From Octopus sinensis (Eukaryota), in NCBI RefSeq assembly GCF_006345805.1, contig NC_042999.1, positions 139,252,001 to 139,316,000 on the forward strand: a stretch of 64,000 bases of DNA, given 5' to 3'. A program made the translations under genes and the position numbers. Below the pieces are notes generated by a model. The model was not told where the DNA came from. It did not search any database and saw nothing but the letters and a program-made list of their open reading frames with translations. Below are positions 37,068 to 50,149 of this stretch, piece by piece (the stretch's first letter is position 1; every line of letters begins with the position of its first letter).

Positions 37068-37825
37068 GATTTTTATTTTTTGTATTTATTTTCGTATAAC
37101 TTTTTGTTTTTTGTATTTATTTTCGTGTAACATCGTCCGCTTTTCTGTCCTTGTTCAGTATACTTTCGATCCTTTTTCCAAGAAATCTAATGCTCGTATC
37201 TTAGTTTTTCCTTGGGGCTGGCCAGATCGGAGCAATCTTAAGATTAATCAGCCGAAATTGCCAGGATGATCCGGTTCTTGACTGAAGATTAGAGGCTTCG
37301 AATGACCCGTCCGTTTTCGTATCGTCTATTTGAATGTTTGCGTTCTTTTCCCATTTTATATATTTTTTATACATATATTTTTGCGGCGTACGTACAAACT
37401 TTCCTCTTATATGTATGTAAGCATTCCACTAAACTCTGTACGACTACTACACACACTTTCTCTGTTTTTCTCTTTTCTCACTTCTTTGATTCTTTGGTCT
37501 CCTCTTTCCCCACCCTCTCACATCTCTCTGCTTTTCTTACTCTGCACTTCACTGACCCTACCTTTCTTTTGTCCCGCCAATTCTTGGCACGCTCTCTTTC
37601 TTCTCCCTCTCTTTAATTCCTTCTTTCTCTCTTTTTCTCTCTCTTCTCCCTCTCTTTAATTCCTTGCCCCTTTTTTCTCTCTCTTCTCACGTGACCGCCG
37701 TGACCAGAACAACGGCTTCTGACCAGAACAACATCGATTTCTTCGTCTGCCGTAAGGCATTATTTTTCTTACACGCCAGCTAATTTGAATTGTCTAAAGT
37801 CGAAAGACGCCCGTTGTCTTTGTCA

Positions 37826-37880
<55 letters not shown>

Positions 37881-38160
37881 GTTGTTTTTTGTATTTATAT
37901 TCGTATTACTTTTTGTTTTTTGTATTTATTTTCGTGTAACATCGTCCGTTTTTCTGTCCTTGTTTCGTATACATTCGATCCTTTTTCCAAGAAATTTAAT
38001 GCTCGTAGCTTAGTTTTTCCTTGGGGCTGGTCAGATCGGAGCAATCTCAAGATTAATCAGCCGAAATTGCGAGGATGATCTGGTTCTTGACTGAAGATTA
38101 GAGGCTTCGAATGACCCGTCCGTTTTCGTATCGTCTATTTGAATGTTTTGCGTTCTTGTC
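36845..38160 (+). repeat. Two direct copies of a ~450-480 bp repeat with internal (ATT)n
   Basis: 36845-37350 and 37720-38160 align end to end. Confidence 0.85.
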
Positions 38161-38199
38161 CCATTTTACATATATATATATATATATATATATCACACC

Positions 38200-38345
38200 T
38201 CTTTCAGCACTATGACTGGGTTTTGAAATAGCTACTTGACCATTTAGATGTCAGTGTGACATACCTTGACTTTGCACTTTGCATAGGCATTTGATAAGGT
38301 AGATCATCGCCTGATATCGTAAGATGCGCAGACTTGGCATTACGG
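38200..38345 (+). mobile_element. CR1/Jockey-type RT relic
   Basis: Degenerate LDFA..AFDKVDH motif. Confidence 0.55.
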
Positions 38346-38393
38346 AGATGTACTTGCATAGCTAGTGACCTGATCTGAGGTCGTGTGCTGGAA

Positions 38394-38695
38394 CGAAAAG
38401 ATTTACAGCGTGGAAGTTGTTTATAAGCCATTTAAGAAATACACAAAAACCGTTAGATTCACTTTAATGTTTAAATTTAATTAGCTAAAATATCTTCGTC
38501 GCTTTGAGACCGCGACCTGTTCACTGACAAAATTCCGTGATGCAGCACGGAATTTTGTCAGTGAACAGGTCGCGGTCTCAAAGCGACGAAGATATTTATT
38601 TTGGCTAATTAAATTTAAACGTTGAAGTGGATCTAACGGTTTTTGTGTATTTCTTAAATGGCTTATAAACAACTTCCACGCTGTAAATCTTTTCG
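38394..38695. repeat. Fold-back palindrome, ~146-bp arms, 6-nt spacer, with two mutated G3-C8 hammerheads
   Basis: Arms 38394-38539 and 38546-38695. Confidence 0.92.
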
Positions 38696-39329
38696 TAAAT
38701 CATTTATATGTGTGTGTGTGTTCGCCACCACTGCTGGTGTTGGTGAGTTTATATCCCTGTAAGCTAGCGGCTCGGTGAAGAAACCGATAGGATAAGTATC
38801 AGGCTGAAATAGATAAGTATTGCTGTCGATTCGCCTGAATAAAATTTTCGAGGTAGTGCCCTAGTATTGCCGCAGTCTAACGAGCGATATCGTAGAGAGA
38901 GAGAAAGAGGGGGGACAAACACAATCACACACACACACACACACACACATGCACACATGCACACACGCACACACACACACATGAAGACTGACAGAGTCAC
39001 AAGAAATGAGAAATAGATGCTATATCTTCCTTGGACATGATCGTGCTTCTCTTTGCCCTCTTAATCGTCTATTTCTGAAAATAAACGCACTCATAAAACA
39101 TAATCTACGGAACAACAAAGAGGGGTGGAAGAGGATATTACTTTTCATATACACACTGGTGTACAAATTAGGAAAATATGAAACAGTCAAAAAGTCATTT
39201 ACACTCTTATGAATTATCGACAATATCGTTAATAAAGCTAGGGCCATAAATATAATCTACAGATAGCGGTTATAGTAATTATAGCATTACATGGCAACTC
39301 TAACAATGATTTCTAATTTTGGCACAAGA

Positions 39330-39630
39330 CCAGAAATTTCCAAACGATGGACGAAATGCCGCTAAGCATTTTGCCCGGCGTGTTAACAATTGTACCAGCT
39401 CGCCGACTTCATGCAAGCTCTAATAATCATTTCTTTTCAAAGCACAATGCCTGACATTAGGAGGAAGAGGTTAAATCGATTACATCGACCGAAGTGCTCA
39501 ACTGGTACTTAATTTATCAACTCCGAAAAGATGAAAAGCAAAATCAAACTCAGCGGCATTTGAAAACAGAACGTAAATACGGACGAAATGCCGCTAAGAT
39601 TTTTTTCCGGTGTGCTAACGGTTCTACTAG
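39330..39630 (-). mobile_element. tRNA-derived SINE (two partial copies)
   Basis: Reverse complement of the 16191-type family. Confidence 0.65.
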
Positions 39631-39775
39631 CTTACTTTCTTAATGCTGACACTAATAATGCCAATATTTCTTATGTTTGGTAACGAATGGATTTTTTTTC
39701 TGATCAAGTTTACAATGATAGTGTAAAGGAAAGTAATTTCAGATTTTCGTTAAAATGGGAAAAGTGACAACTTAC

Positions 39776-39793
39776 TGATAATTTTCCGCGACA
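39776..39793 (-). CDS. VWA gene exon 3 (18-nt microexon): LSRKII
   Basis: Strong polypyrimidine acceptor ttttttcttatctgctttcag and donor gtaagttg. Length 3n, open in phase 1. Confidence 0.7.
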
Positions 39794-41403
39794 CTGAAAG
39801 CAGATAAGAAAAAATATATTATACATACATACAAATATATTGATTATGCATACAATTACATGCATAGATGACGAAGGTGACAATGAAAACGCTGCTGAAG
39901 TGAGAATGAAGAGACAAAATGTGGGCGATGATCATGGCTACGGGTATCATAGCGATAAAACATATATCTAAATCGGGTTATAATTTTGTTGCTCTTATTA
40001 TTTAATGAAAATCACTTGATCAGATTTTGTAGCTATCAAATTATAAAACAGAATGCTGTACAGAATAAAGAACTGAATTCAAGTCGTTTCATTAACACCA
40101 GCTTATGCCTTCGCCAATTACAACACTTTCTATTACACTTAACTTATACATGCGTAGACACACACACACGTATAAAATAAAGCCTCCTCTTCTACAAGTG
40201 ACCACAACCGAGGTGCGCCATATCCAACTGCGCTTGAAATTTCAATCCATTAGCTTTGGTAGCTTCTCACTTTCATGTTACGTGTTTCTACCTATATCAT
40301 CGACATAGTTGTGCGATCTTAGTCCTCTGTTCGAGTGCGCAAGTCTCTAAGATATAATATCCGATATGGTTCTATGCTCCGTACGAGCATATGAGTCGCA
40401 AGTCTCCTTGTGCTATGCGTCATTTTATAATTTTTTTTTATTTCCCCAGCTTACATACCAGATTAATGTCTTACTACAGTTATTTATTCAACCATCTTTT
40501 CTCAACCTTCAACTTCTCTTATTTTGACCAATTCCATCCTACGATTGAACCTATACAGCTGTGTCTTTTCACTTGACAGTTTGTATGAGCCCTCACATAC
40601 TTTACATAGGTAGTGAATTCTTTATTCAGTCAGTTTGTAGGATTTTTGTGCATTTAAAAATACTTGTATTTAACATTTGAGTATGTTCCTGTATATGTTT
40701 GTGTGAATATATATGTCTTATCTTATTGAAGGGATCGACACAAAGTCATGGGTGATATGCATTTATTTAGATCTAAGATGAACAGGATTCCGTAACCATG
40801 AATTCATTCAATCGGCCTATTGATCGACTGTATACATTACCAGATAGTAAGTCCAGGTCATGACTGTTTTGTAGTACATGACAAAGAAGTTGAGCTTGTG
40901 TCAGCAGGTCAAACGATACTACATTTTTTAATTGAAGTTAGCTGAATTAAGCTTTAATTAACAAACATTAACCATTGTCAGTATAAGCCAGAAATCCACA
41001 CTCAGTCATGGTTTCGAAATGTTTTATGTACGTAAGCAAACAAAATTTCTTAAAAATCACTTTGCCAAAGGATATGCTTACGACTCATAATATTTGCTAG
41101 TCTTTAACTAACTCAAGAGAGAAGTGAATTTTGAAAAGAGTTAAAAGTAATTCATGTATAGACAAGAAATTCTTGTTTTCAACATATAATTATCACAATA
41201 ATTTTGTTATATTTTCCTGCTGTTGTAGCTTGACGGAAATATTCAAACTAATACAGAAGTATAAATTCTAACTCATCATGAGCAAATTATGACTAACTTT
41301 CTTTAGAAGTATAAACTGTTTATCCTTTGTATAATACGACTACCCAAGTATGTTCGGGCTTGAAGGTTCTTGAGGAGACAAGAGAAATCAGAACTCTGTG
41401 TTT

Positions 41404-41458
<55 letters not shown>

Positions 41459-41542
41459 CGCGTGCGAGTATGCATGTAGCGGGGCATGTGTTTATGTATA
41501 AAGACATGTACTTATGTATAAACACAAGCACACACTTATATA

Positions 41543-42320
41543 TACAGGGTGTGATTGATAAATTGTCACTATTTTATATTATTTATTTTGCGCATGTATA
41601 TTGTTTGTTTTTGATTTTGTCTACTGCACAGTATAGTAGAGTCAGTTGGGCACCGTCTGTGAGAAAACAGCAGCATGATGCAATTCAGTCTGCCAGAAAT
41701 TTGGAAACGATATGTTGTACTGCTTGGCGTTGGAAGCGCCAATACGAACATTTCAGAGCGTTTGAGTGTCGATCTGAGGACAGTGCAGTCTGAGGGCATA
41801 TACCGAGAAGGACAAAAATCAGACTTCCAGTCAACATCATGATGTTTGGAGTGATCACCAGTAATGGCGACGTTGTGCCTCCATTTATCTTCCCACACGG
41901 CCTCAGACTCAACACGGGAGCCTACATCAAGTTACTAGAGGAGGTGGTGCTGCTCTGGGTTAAAAGGGTGGCTTCTGGAAGACTATGTCTAGCAACAGGA
42001 CTCTGCAACGTGTCACACAAGCAGGAGAACCAGTCATGGCTGCCAGACAATTTCTGCGACCACATCGCCCTTAACATCTGGCCACCAAACCCCACAGACC
42101 GCAACCCCCTTGATTACTATGTGTGAGACGTAGATGAGCGAGAGACCAGCAAAATTCCTTGTAACACCAAAGGTGAACTGAAGATGTGGATTATGGCTGC
42201 ATTAACCAACTCCAGAAGAGTTGCGGGAGATTTCGAAGTCATCTTGGATCCGTGGTTGAAGCCAATGGCGATTTTATAGAATAAATTTACTCTTTAGTAT
42301 TTCAAGATATTTTTATGTAA
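41543..42320 (+). mobile_element. Degenerate IS630-Tc1-mariner element (maT/Tc3-like)
   Basis: IMMFGVITSNG and WPPNPTDRNPLDYYV relics. TA-CAGGGTGT terminus. Confidence 0.7.
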
Positions 42321-42735
42321 TTTTCATTCTTTCGGGAGGTCGACGGTTGTCTTGAACGAGATTGGTCTTCAAGCGACAAATGAACATTCTTAAAGCGTGG
42401 AAACCACTCATAAACTTATGTTTTCCTCGCGGTAGCGTTCTTATAAGCTGTTTGAAGCATGACAACTGTTCTGGGCGACGTTTTCCCCAGGAGAAAATAG
42501 AATTTCTCAGAAGCACGCAGTTCCTTCGTTTCCGCAATCACAAAAACAACGAACAGAGGAGGAGCACTGAAAACAAAGACGCACCATGTGGCAGTACGAC
42601 TTCAGTGGACAATGCTGGTTTGCAGACTGATGCCTGAGAGTGGCATCAAGTTGCTTTTGTCGGTGGAAACCTGAACTACAACGGTTTTGTCCCACAGAGA
42701 ATGTTTCCAGTTACTTTTGGGCACCCATTCGTGTG
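42320..42735 (-). mobile_element. Mariner 5' fragment
   Basis: Frameshifted N-terminal HTH relic (ORF 42313..42537) and a TIR-like end near 42735. Confidence 0.65.
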
Positions 42736-42980
42736 TGTGTGTGTGTGTGTGTGGTGTGTGTGTGTGTGTGTGTGTGTTTGTGTATGTGTGTACAAGCATA
42801 TATACATTAACTACCCTCTTGATCTTATCACAATTTCAGTGAAAGAACATCGTTTCTAATCTAAACACCGGATCGTCCTTCATTTCTGAGCCGTGAGAGA
42901 GAGAGAGAGAGAATGTGTGTGTGTGTGTGTTGTGTGTGTGTGTGTGTGTGGTGTGTGTGTGTGTGTGTGTTTTGTGTGTA

Positions 42981-43045
<65 letters not shown>

Positions 43046-43073
43046 GATAACAATTTTTTAAAATATTACTTAC

Positions 43074-43112
43074 ATGGCTCTCCTGCTGCAATTAGGCATA
43101 ATGCCAAAAGAG
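43074..43112 (-). CDS. VWA gene exon 2 (39 nt): ALLALCLIAAGEP, second half of signal peptide
   Basis: Acceptor ttatctcattgcag and donor gtaagtaa. Phase 1-1. Completes a hydrophobic h-region ending A-A-G. Confidence 0.85.
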
Positions 43113-43955
43113 CTGCAATGAGATAATGTTATTTATTAGACAAAACATTACAAATAAGCATTGTATTTTGACAGTTTGTCAAAAAGAATAATAATTTATT
43201 GTAAGCAATTTAATTCTATTATAAACGATCATTATTATTATTTTCCCTTTCCCCGCAGCGTGATGCATGAGAAATTTGGCGCTCACAGTATTGAAAATCG
43301 TAACGTAAAACTACAAAACTAGGTGTTAAAACTGTTATACTATTATTTCTCTACTTCAAGTGAACCGCTGCCATTTATATAAAAAATTGGTAACTTTAAC
43401 TATACACAAATTTATAGAGTAGGCATGACAGATGCTAGTGTGTTCCTCAAAACATAGATGAAGCATAACAACTGAGTGAATTGTAACATCAGGAATGAAT
43501 TGAAAGCGCACTGTTCCTTATAATGACGCTGCACCTCTATTTATATAATTAATTGGAACTAACTCTGATATCTTGAAATATATTAGCTAGTTCTAGCAAT
43601 TTCATGCTCTCTACAATATGAAAATTATTCTCGTCTGTATAATTCTTGTAATTTGTATTTAATGCCTTATTGTTGGATCATTGTCAGAAATACATTCCAA
43701 TGTGACCGACTGTCACTCTTCAAAGTCGATCATTTAACATTTGATTCTGAACGTCAACGAGATGGATTATGAAGATCGAGATGGGTGGAGGATCAATATC
43801 ATGCAAATACGAGTTAGCTCTTCTTTATAATAATTAATTATGAATATATGGTAAAATCTACTACACTCGCATATCTTCTTTTAAAAAATGCATCAAGCGT
43901 CATATTTGCTATGTTAATAAACCAATTGTGACTTGATCAGACAAAACATTTATAT

Positions 43956-44037
<82 letters not shown>

Positions 44038-44174
44038 CATAGCTTTCTATTATTGAATGATATTTCAAAATGAAATCTCAAAATATATCTTGTAACTCAA
44101 TTAAAGATGTCTATATATCATAAAAGACGAGACAGAAATATTATCCAAGAAAGTGCAAACACAATGATACTTAC

Positions 44175-44205
44175 CAGCAAAAGCTGCAATTACCGATAAC
44201 TTCAT
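44175..44205 (-). CDS. VWA gene exon 1 (coding part): MKLSVIAAFA, first half of signal peptide
   Basis: ATG AAG TTA TCG GTA ATT GCA GCT TTT GCT G followed by the consensus donor GTAAGTAT. Ends in phase 1. Confidence 0.85.
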
Positions 44206-44242
44206 CTCGGCAAATTGTGCTGCCACTTTCCAAAAACCGAAA

Positions 44243-44251
44243 CTTTATATA
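44243..44251 (-). promoter_or_regulatory. TATA box of the VWA gene
   Basis: Minus strand reads TATATAAAG. An Inr-like GCAGCAC lies about 30 nt downstream and the ATG lies 46 nt downstream of the first T. Confidence 0.7.
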
Positions 44252-44949
44252 GTAAGTGAAGTGGTATTTTCCAGATACAATCAATACGAACAATTAATAA
44301 CGCTTATTATATAAAGCACAGGTGGTGTATTGAATATTATAAACTTAAAGGATTTCATGCGTGGGAACTAATTTATCAAAAACTGGGTGTATGCGGTTAC
44401 AAACCAAATATTAGTTTATTGATATTTATTGTATGTTTGATGGAAGAACCAGAGTTCTGTAGTTGTGGTTTCAGTTAGCATGTTTGGCAGTTTCATCTAT
44501 CCGAAAACTAAATATTCAATGCCAATTTGAAATAGTTTCACACATTACACTTGTCTGCATTTGAGAATTATTTTCATTTTTATTCGTAGATGTGATCTTA
44601 TATTCTTAGGTTGCTGACTTTAATATATCTAGACCATTTTGCTCTGTCACGTAAGAATTTTAATAAAATACAAATTATAATAAAAAATGTGAATTTTTAA
44701 TAAATTGTTACTTTTTAAAAATGAAGCAAGTATTCATGGAAAAGCATAGTGTTAGTTCCAAGAACATATATATTCCAAATCAACATGAAATGAATCATGT
44801 TCATCATGAAATGAATTGTGGGTTATCATCATTAGATCAAATGAATGTAACAGAATTATACTCCTAATGGTTAACCTATATGTTGATTCAAAGGAAGGAG
44901 AACCGCTTTGAATTCCGTTTGTGATGTGCATCCGAATCATCATGTTTCA

Positions 44950-46690
44950 ATGATCAGCAGTAATCCACCATCATGCTGACATTCCATTTGCCTTACTATC
45001 GAATTTTTGCTGTCTTTGTCCCTCATTATAGTCTCCACAAGTTTTGGGAAAATAGTCAAGATGTGAGTACAAAAAGTGCATCTTTACACTCATTCTTGAC
45101 CCAAGTTGTTGGAAACTTGAAATCAGGTGTTGGGTCATTTTTCCATATTTTGGGGTGCAGCTGTTTCCCAATACGTTTTGGACAATCTGCTTGAAGGAAA
45201 ACTAGGCATTCATCTCGATACCTGCTAATACTTCCTCAAAATGCTCGTCCTTCATCAATCCCCGAATTTGAGGCTGGTTACACATGTGATTGTCCTTTAA
45301 GAATTGGCCCGTACTTACACATACATAGTCGATTACATATACATCCATATACATACTAACGCTCTGACACACACACACACACATCAAAACTAGGCATTCA
45401 TCTCGACACCTGCTTAATGCTTCTTTAAAATGCTCGTCCTTCATCAATCCCCAAATCTGAGGGCCAACGAAGATTCCTATCTTTAGCTTGCCTTCACTTA
45501 TGAGAAGACCTTGATTCCAACTACTTGAAAGCAGCTGTTCTTCATGGTTGGTTACACATGCGATTGTCCAGAGCCTTCAAAAAAATTTTCATAAGCCCTA
45601 ATTTGATGTGGAGCGGTGAAAGCAGAATTTTCTTGGGGTTATCTAGTGATATAGTTTTCACATTGTGAATTCCGGGTAAGAAGCTGGTTTTGGTCGCCAA
45701 TCATTTTGTTCATAGTCCTGGCTTTCTGCCCTACTATCCCAAAGATTAAAGACATAGGGATACTTGGTGTATCCGCTTGAAGACCCAGTAGGAGAGCAAT
45801 AACTTTTAAATCACCACTAGCGAGAGAATTATGATTATGGTACTTGATGACAGTTATGAGTGACTTCATATTTTCATAAGTTTCTGACATTTGGACACTA
45901 TGGCCAGTTGGCACAGATGCAACTGTTTTGCCATTGTAGAGAATAACAACCTTTAAACTTCTGTTAGAAGAAGCAATGAAGAGCCACCATTCATCTGCTT
46001 TGTACGACATCTCCATGTATTCAATAAGGCCAGAAATATTTGAATAGAAAATTAAAGAATCTTGTTTCTCAAAGAACTGAGTGAATCCCGCTTCACAATG
46101 ACGGTACCAAGTACATGTTGTTCCAGGAAACAGAAGCCTGTGCACTTCCCTTCGGAAGGTTAATGATCCTCACCAAATCATTAATCTCAACTTGATTGAA
46201 TAGTTTACGATCGTCATTTGTTGGTGGTTCATAATTTACTAATGAGATGGAAAGCTCATTAGTATCAATAGTATCAGACTCTAATAAAATTTCCCATGTC
46301 TCAAGAATATCGGCTGGAACAAGCTTTATTTATTACTGACAGAATATTTGGGTATATTATATGATCCTTAGTGTTCTTGTTGAATCTAGCTACTTTAGTC
46401 ATACAGATTTTGGAAGTCATTATGGTGGTTCATCTGCTCCTATCATACCATTGATATTCCAAAGGGGATACATTTCAGTTTCCCAACTGACCATCTTTGA
46501 AACTTGTTAATGCAACTTTTGCAAGCAGTATGAAGTGTAAATGGATTGTACTCGTATCCCAGTTTGCAGCCAAAATAAGCTAACTAGCAGCGCTTCAACA
46601 AGGGAGTAATATTGCTCCAGAAATCTGAGGTTGAATTTATACCCGCAGACATAGAAAACTATGCCTGATAAATTTATGCAGCCTAAAGAC
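44950..46690 (-). mobile_element. Degenerate DNA transposon, probably CMC-Chapaev3-like
   Basis: EWWLFIASSNRSLKVVIL, GDLKVIALLLG and MSVKMHFLYSHLDYFP relics. The superfamily assignment is from memory of the motif family. Confidence 0.6.
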
Positions 46691-46806
46691 ATATTTACAA
46701 TCTGAAATCAAAGAAAAATATATCAGATTTAATATAAGGTGAGCATTTTCATTGATAACATACTTTATCATTCTGAGTTCATATTCCACTGAGGTCGACA
46801 CACACA

Positions 46807-46862
<56 letters not shown>

Positions 46863-47149
46863 CTGTCAGCAATCCATTCCTGAGTTGATATCTTCCAGCA
46901 CCGAAATTAACAGTTTTCGACCTGATCCACACTTGCGCTTCTTAGCACTTCCCTCATCCACCTGTCTGCTGAGATTATCGTACTCTGCTCGCCATTTTCG
47001 AACTATTCGGAGATCCAACATCTACTTACAGAAAGCCGTAAGATTCTTGTTATGTGATTCTTGCACAATTCCTTTCTTATCCTCTTTCTTTTTGCACTCA
47101 TCTTGCCTGGGGAACAAAGGAATCAAGCCAAGGGAGTCAACTCCGTGCA

Positions 47150-47345
47150 TGCGCGCTTAGCGCAGACTTTAGCCAAGCTGCAGTAGTTCATTTACTTTGT
47201 AAACATCACATGGTCTTGCTAACATGTTGATGCATTTTTATCTAGGTCTTATTTTCAGGGTAGGACTTATATTAAAAACATCCGGAAAAATCATGGTAGG
47301 GCTTATTTTTGGAGTAGGTCTTATTTTCAGGGAAACACGGTATCC
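47150..47345. mobile_element. pogo/Tigger-type MITE fragment
   Basis: GGTCTTATTTTCAGGGAAACACGGTA terminus and repeated GGTCTTATTTT. Confidence 0.55.
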
Positions 47346-47632
47346 TATTTTTCTAAATTAGGAAATTTATGTATTTTTATTACTATTAGACCGCAGATAA
47401 AATAACATTTGCTATAGAACATTCCCTAAACTGGTAAAATTCAATAAATATGATTTTAGGTTAACTCAAGCACTATCGTTAAGAAGACAAAGTTCTAGTT
47501 TCCTTTGCAGTAAAATATTTTAAAAAGCAAAGTTTAATAATATACTAGCATTATGACCCGTCGTTGCCGGGTCATAGTGCTAGTGCATGTATATATGTGT
47601 ATATAAATGTGTACATATTACATGTACATCTA

Positions 47633-48922
47633 CGAGGGACGTTCAATAAGTAATGCCTCTGACCCACTTGCAGTTGTTTGATCTAGCTGAAATTTTGCAT
47701 GTGCAATCATTTATATCTCTATAGAGTAAGTGACAAATTACAGCTCTGAATTAATTGTGGTTTCTGATTTACAGGTGTTTGAACCGAGTCAAGTGTGAAA
47801 TGGAGCCTGTTGAGTGTCGAGCAGTGATCCGGTTTTTGTATTTGAAAGGACGCACACCACGGGAGACTTTTGATGAAATGAAAGTAACTTATGGTGATGA
47901 TGCCCCATCATATGACCTTGTAAAACGCTGGCATCGTGAATTCAAACATGGTCGGAACTCTGTGGAAACAGCTCCCAGATCTGGTCGCCCCTTCTGCCAT
48001 TGATGAAGCATCTGTCCGTCAAGTTGAGGCTGCCATTTTGGAAGATCGACGCATAATTATTCGCCAAATAGCCCATGAGGTCAAGATTAGTACCGGGTCT
48101 GTGGAAACTATCATTCATGACCATTTGCATATGCAAAAGGTGTCTGCCAGATGGATTCCCAGGTTGCTCACGCCTTTCCAGAAGCAAGAACGTGTCGAGT
48201 GCTCGAGGGTGAATTTGGAGATGTGCCAAGAAGATGAGTCAAAATTTTTCAAAAGACTGATTACACAGGATGAAACCTGGGTCCATCACGATGATCCAGA
48301 GACCAAAGCCCAGTCAATGCAGTGGAAGCACCGTGACTCACCCCCTCCAAAGAAGGCAAGGGTGCAGCCCTCCGCTGGCAAGGTCATGCTCACAGTCTTC
48401 TGGGACCAGGACGGAGTAGTGATGACAGATTTCCTGGCAAAGGGTACCACAATTGCAGGAGCTTATTATGCTTCACTTTTGAGGAAATTAAGAGAAGTTA
48501 TCAAAATCAAGAGGTGGGGAAAGATCAGCAAAGGCATCCTCCTCCTGCAGGACAACGCTCCGGTCCACAACTCGCTTGTCGCCAGATCAGAAGCACAGGC
48601 GTATGGCTATGAACTCCTCCCCCCTCCCCCTACTTTCCTGACCTTGCACCCTCTGATTTTCACCTCTTCCCAGTCATGAAGTTGTTTTTGAAAGGAAAGC
48701 GTTTCCCAGATGATGCAGCCTTGATTTCTGAAGTCACGTTCAGGTTGGAGGACCAAGCTGGGGTCTTCTACAAAAACGGTCTCCAGAGCTGCATCAAACA
48801 ATGGGAGAAATGCGTAACTCTGGGTGGTTCCTATGTAGAAAAAGACTAATAACTGTGCCAAGTTTCGTTGCTCTACTGCTATGGGAAGTGGGTCAGGGGC
48901 ATTACTTATTGAACGCCCCTCG
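47633..48922 (+). mobile_element. Mariner transposon, full length (1290 bp), frameshifted transposase
   Basis: Near-perfect TIRs CGAGGG(A/G)CGTTCAATAAGTAATGCC with TA TSD. WIPRL, TQDETW, LQDNAPVH and PDLAPSDF motifs. Confidence 0.96.
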
Positions 48923-50149
48923 TATATATATATATATCTACATATAAAATACAAATTACAAAGTTATATCTTGATATCGCTAGTGATAACAATACAAAAA
49001 ATATATAACAGACTGGAATTGTAGGCCCGTCTCTTGCAATTTCGATCAACTGTATCTTGTCCTCCCTCTTGTATAGAAGTGTGGCTACAATCCAGCCTAC
49101 ATCTACTTCTGGGGGGACATTTTAAATTTTTTATAAAGGTAAAAATAAAATATTTCCACTTTGCAAGGTTCGAGTCGAGTACTCCCTTACACGCACCGTT
49201 GACTCGAACCTTGCTTCTATTGTGGCGAATTTACCGCCTCTGGTTAGATACTTGATATCTTTCATAGTCGCACCAAGACACTTTTCGATGGTGCTTTCCT
49301 CCAGGTGTTCAAATCTATATTTTACTCTACATTATATACTTTATAGACAATAGTCTTTTTTTAAATTTTACTTTTTATTTCGTTTGGTGGTGTTATCCTA
49401 GATTCACCATCTTTGTCGGTGATCAATCCGAAATAGGTTTGTATTTCTTCCATTTTAATTTTAATGAGTTCGCGCCCGCCGACGGCTGCAGCGAAATTCA
49501 TTTTTGTACTTTCTTCTAACGAAGGCATTTTAGCAAAGATGCTTCCGTATAAACGGTGAAAATATTGTCAATTTCCCCAAACAAGGACACAATTCAATTT
49601 TTAAACAATAACCAAAGCTCCTTCTCCCAAAGGGGGAGGGTTACAGTTTACAATTATTTAACAAATGCAACACAACACGTTTCCCTTACGAGGAACCAAC
49701 AAACGTGATAACTATAGTTAAACAGTAATAATAATAACAACAAACCTTACGGTGAATCAAAAAGCAGTACGCAGTTGAAGCTATAGTCCTTTATGTATAA
49801 TAAATAAACCAACAGCAGTACTCAGGAGAAGCTGAAACTTAATGCTAGCTAATTAGCATATAATCTAATGTAAAAGCCGTGGTAAAGGGTATGTGCACAG
49901 CTCCATCTGGACTATTCCATTTCTACACACTAATTTTATTTTTAATTTATTCCCATTCATGTGAAACCACTTATTCAAGTTCGAGTCATTGATGCAATTT
50001 TATACCAATTGCTATTTTTACATTTAATTGTTATGTTACGATTTAATTTAGTTTGATTTTAATTATTACTTACTACATATAATTCAATTGTTATTATTAT
50101 TTTTATTGTTAAAGTGAAAGTATCTGACATAAAATAAAGAAATGTTTTT

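Noticed and set aside
37275-37310. CTGAAGA in the 470-bp repeat (also ~38090)
   Set aside because: It is not followed by a stem II and GAAA.
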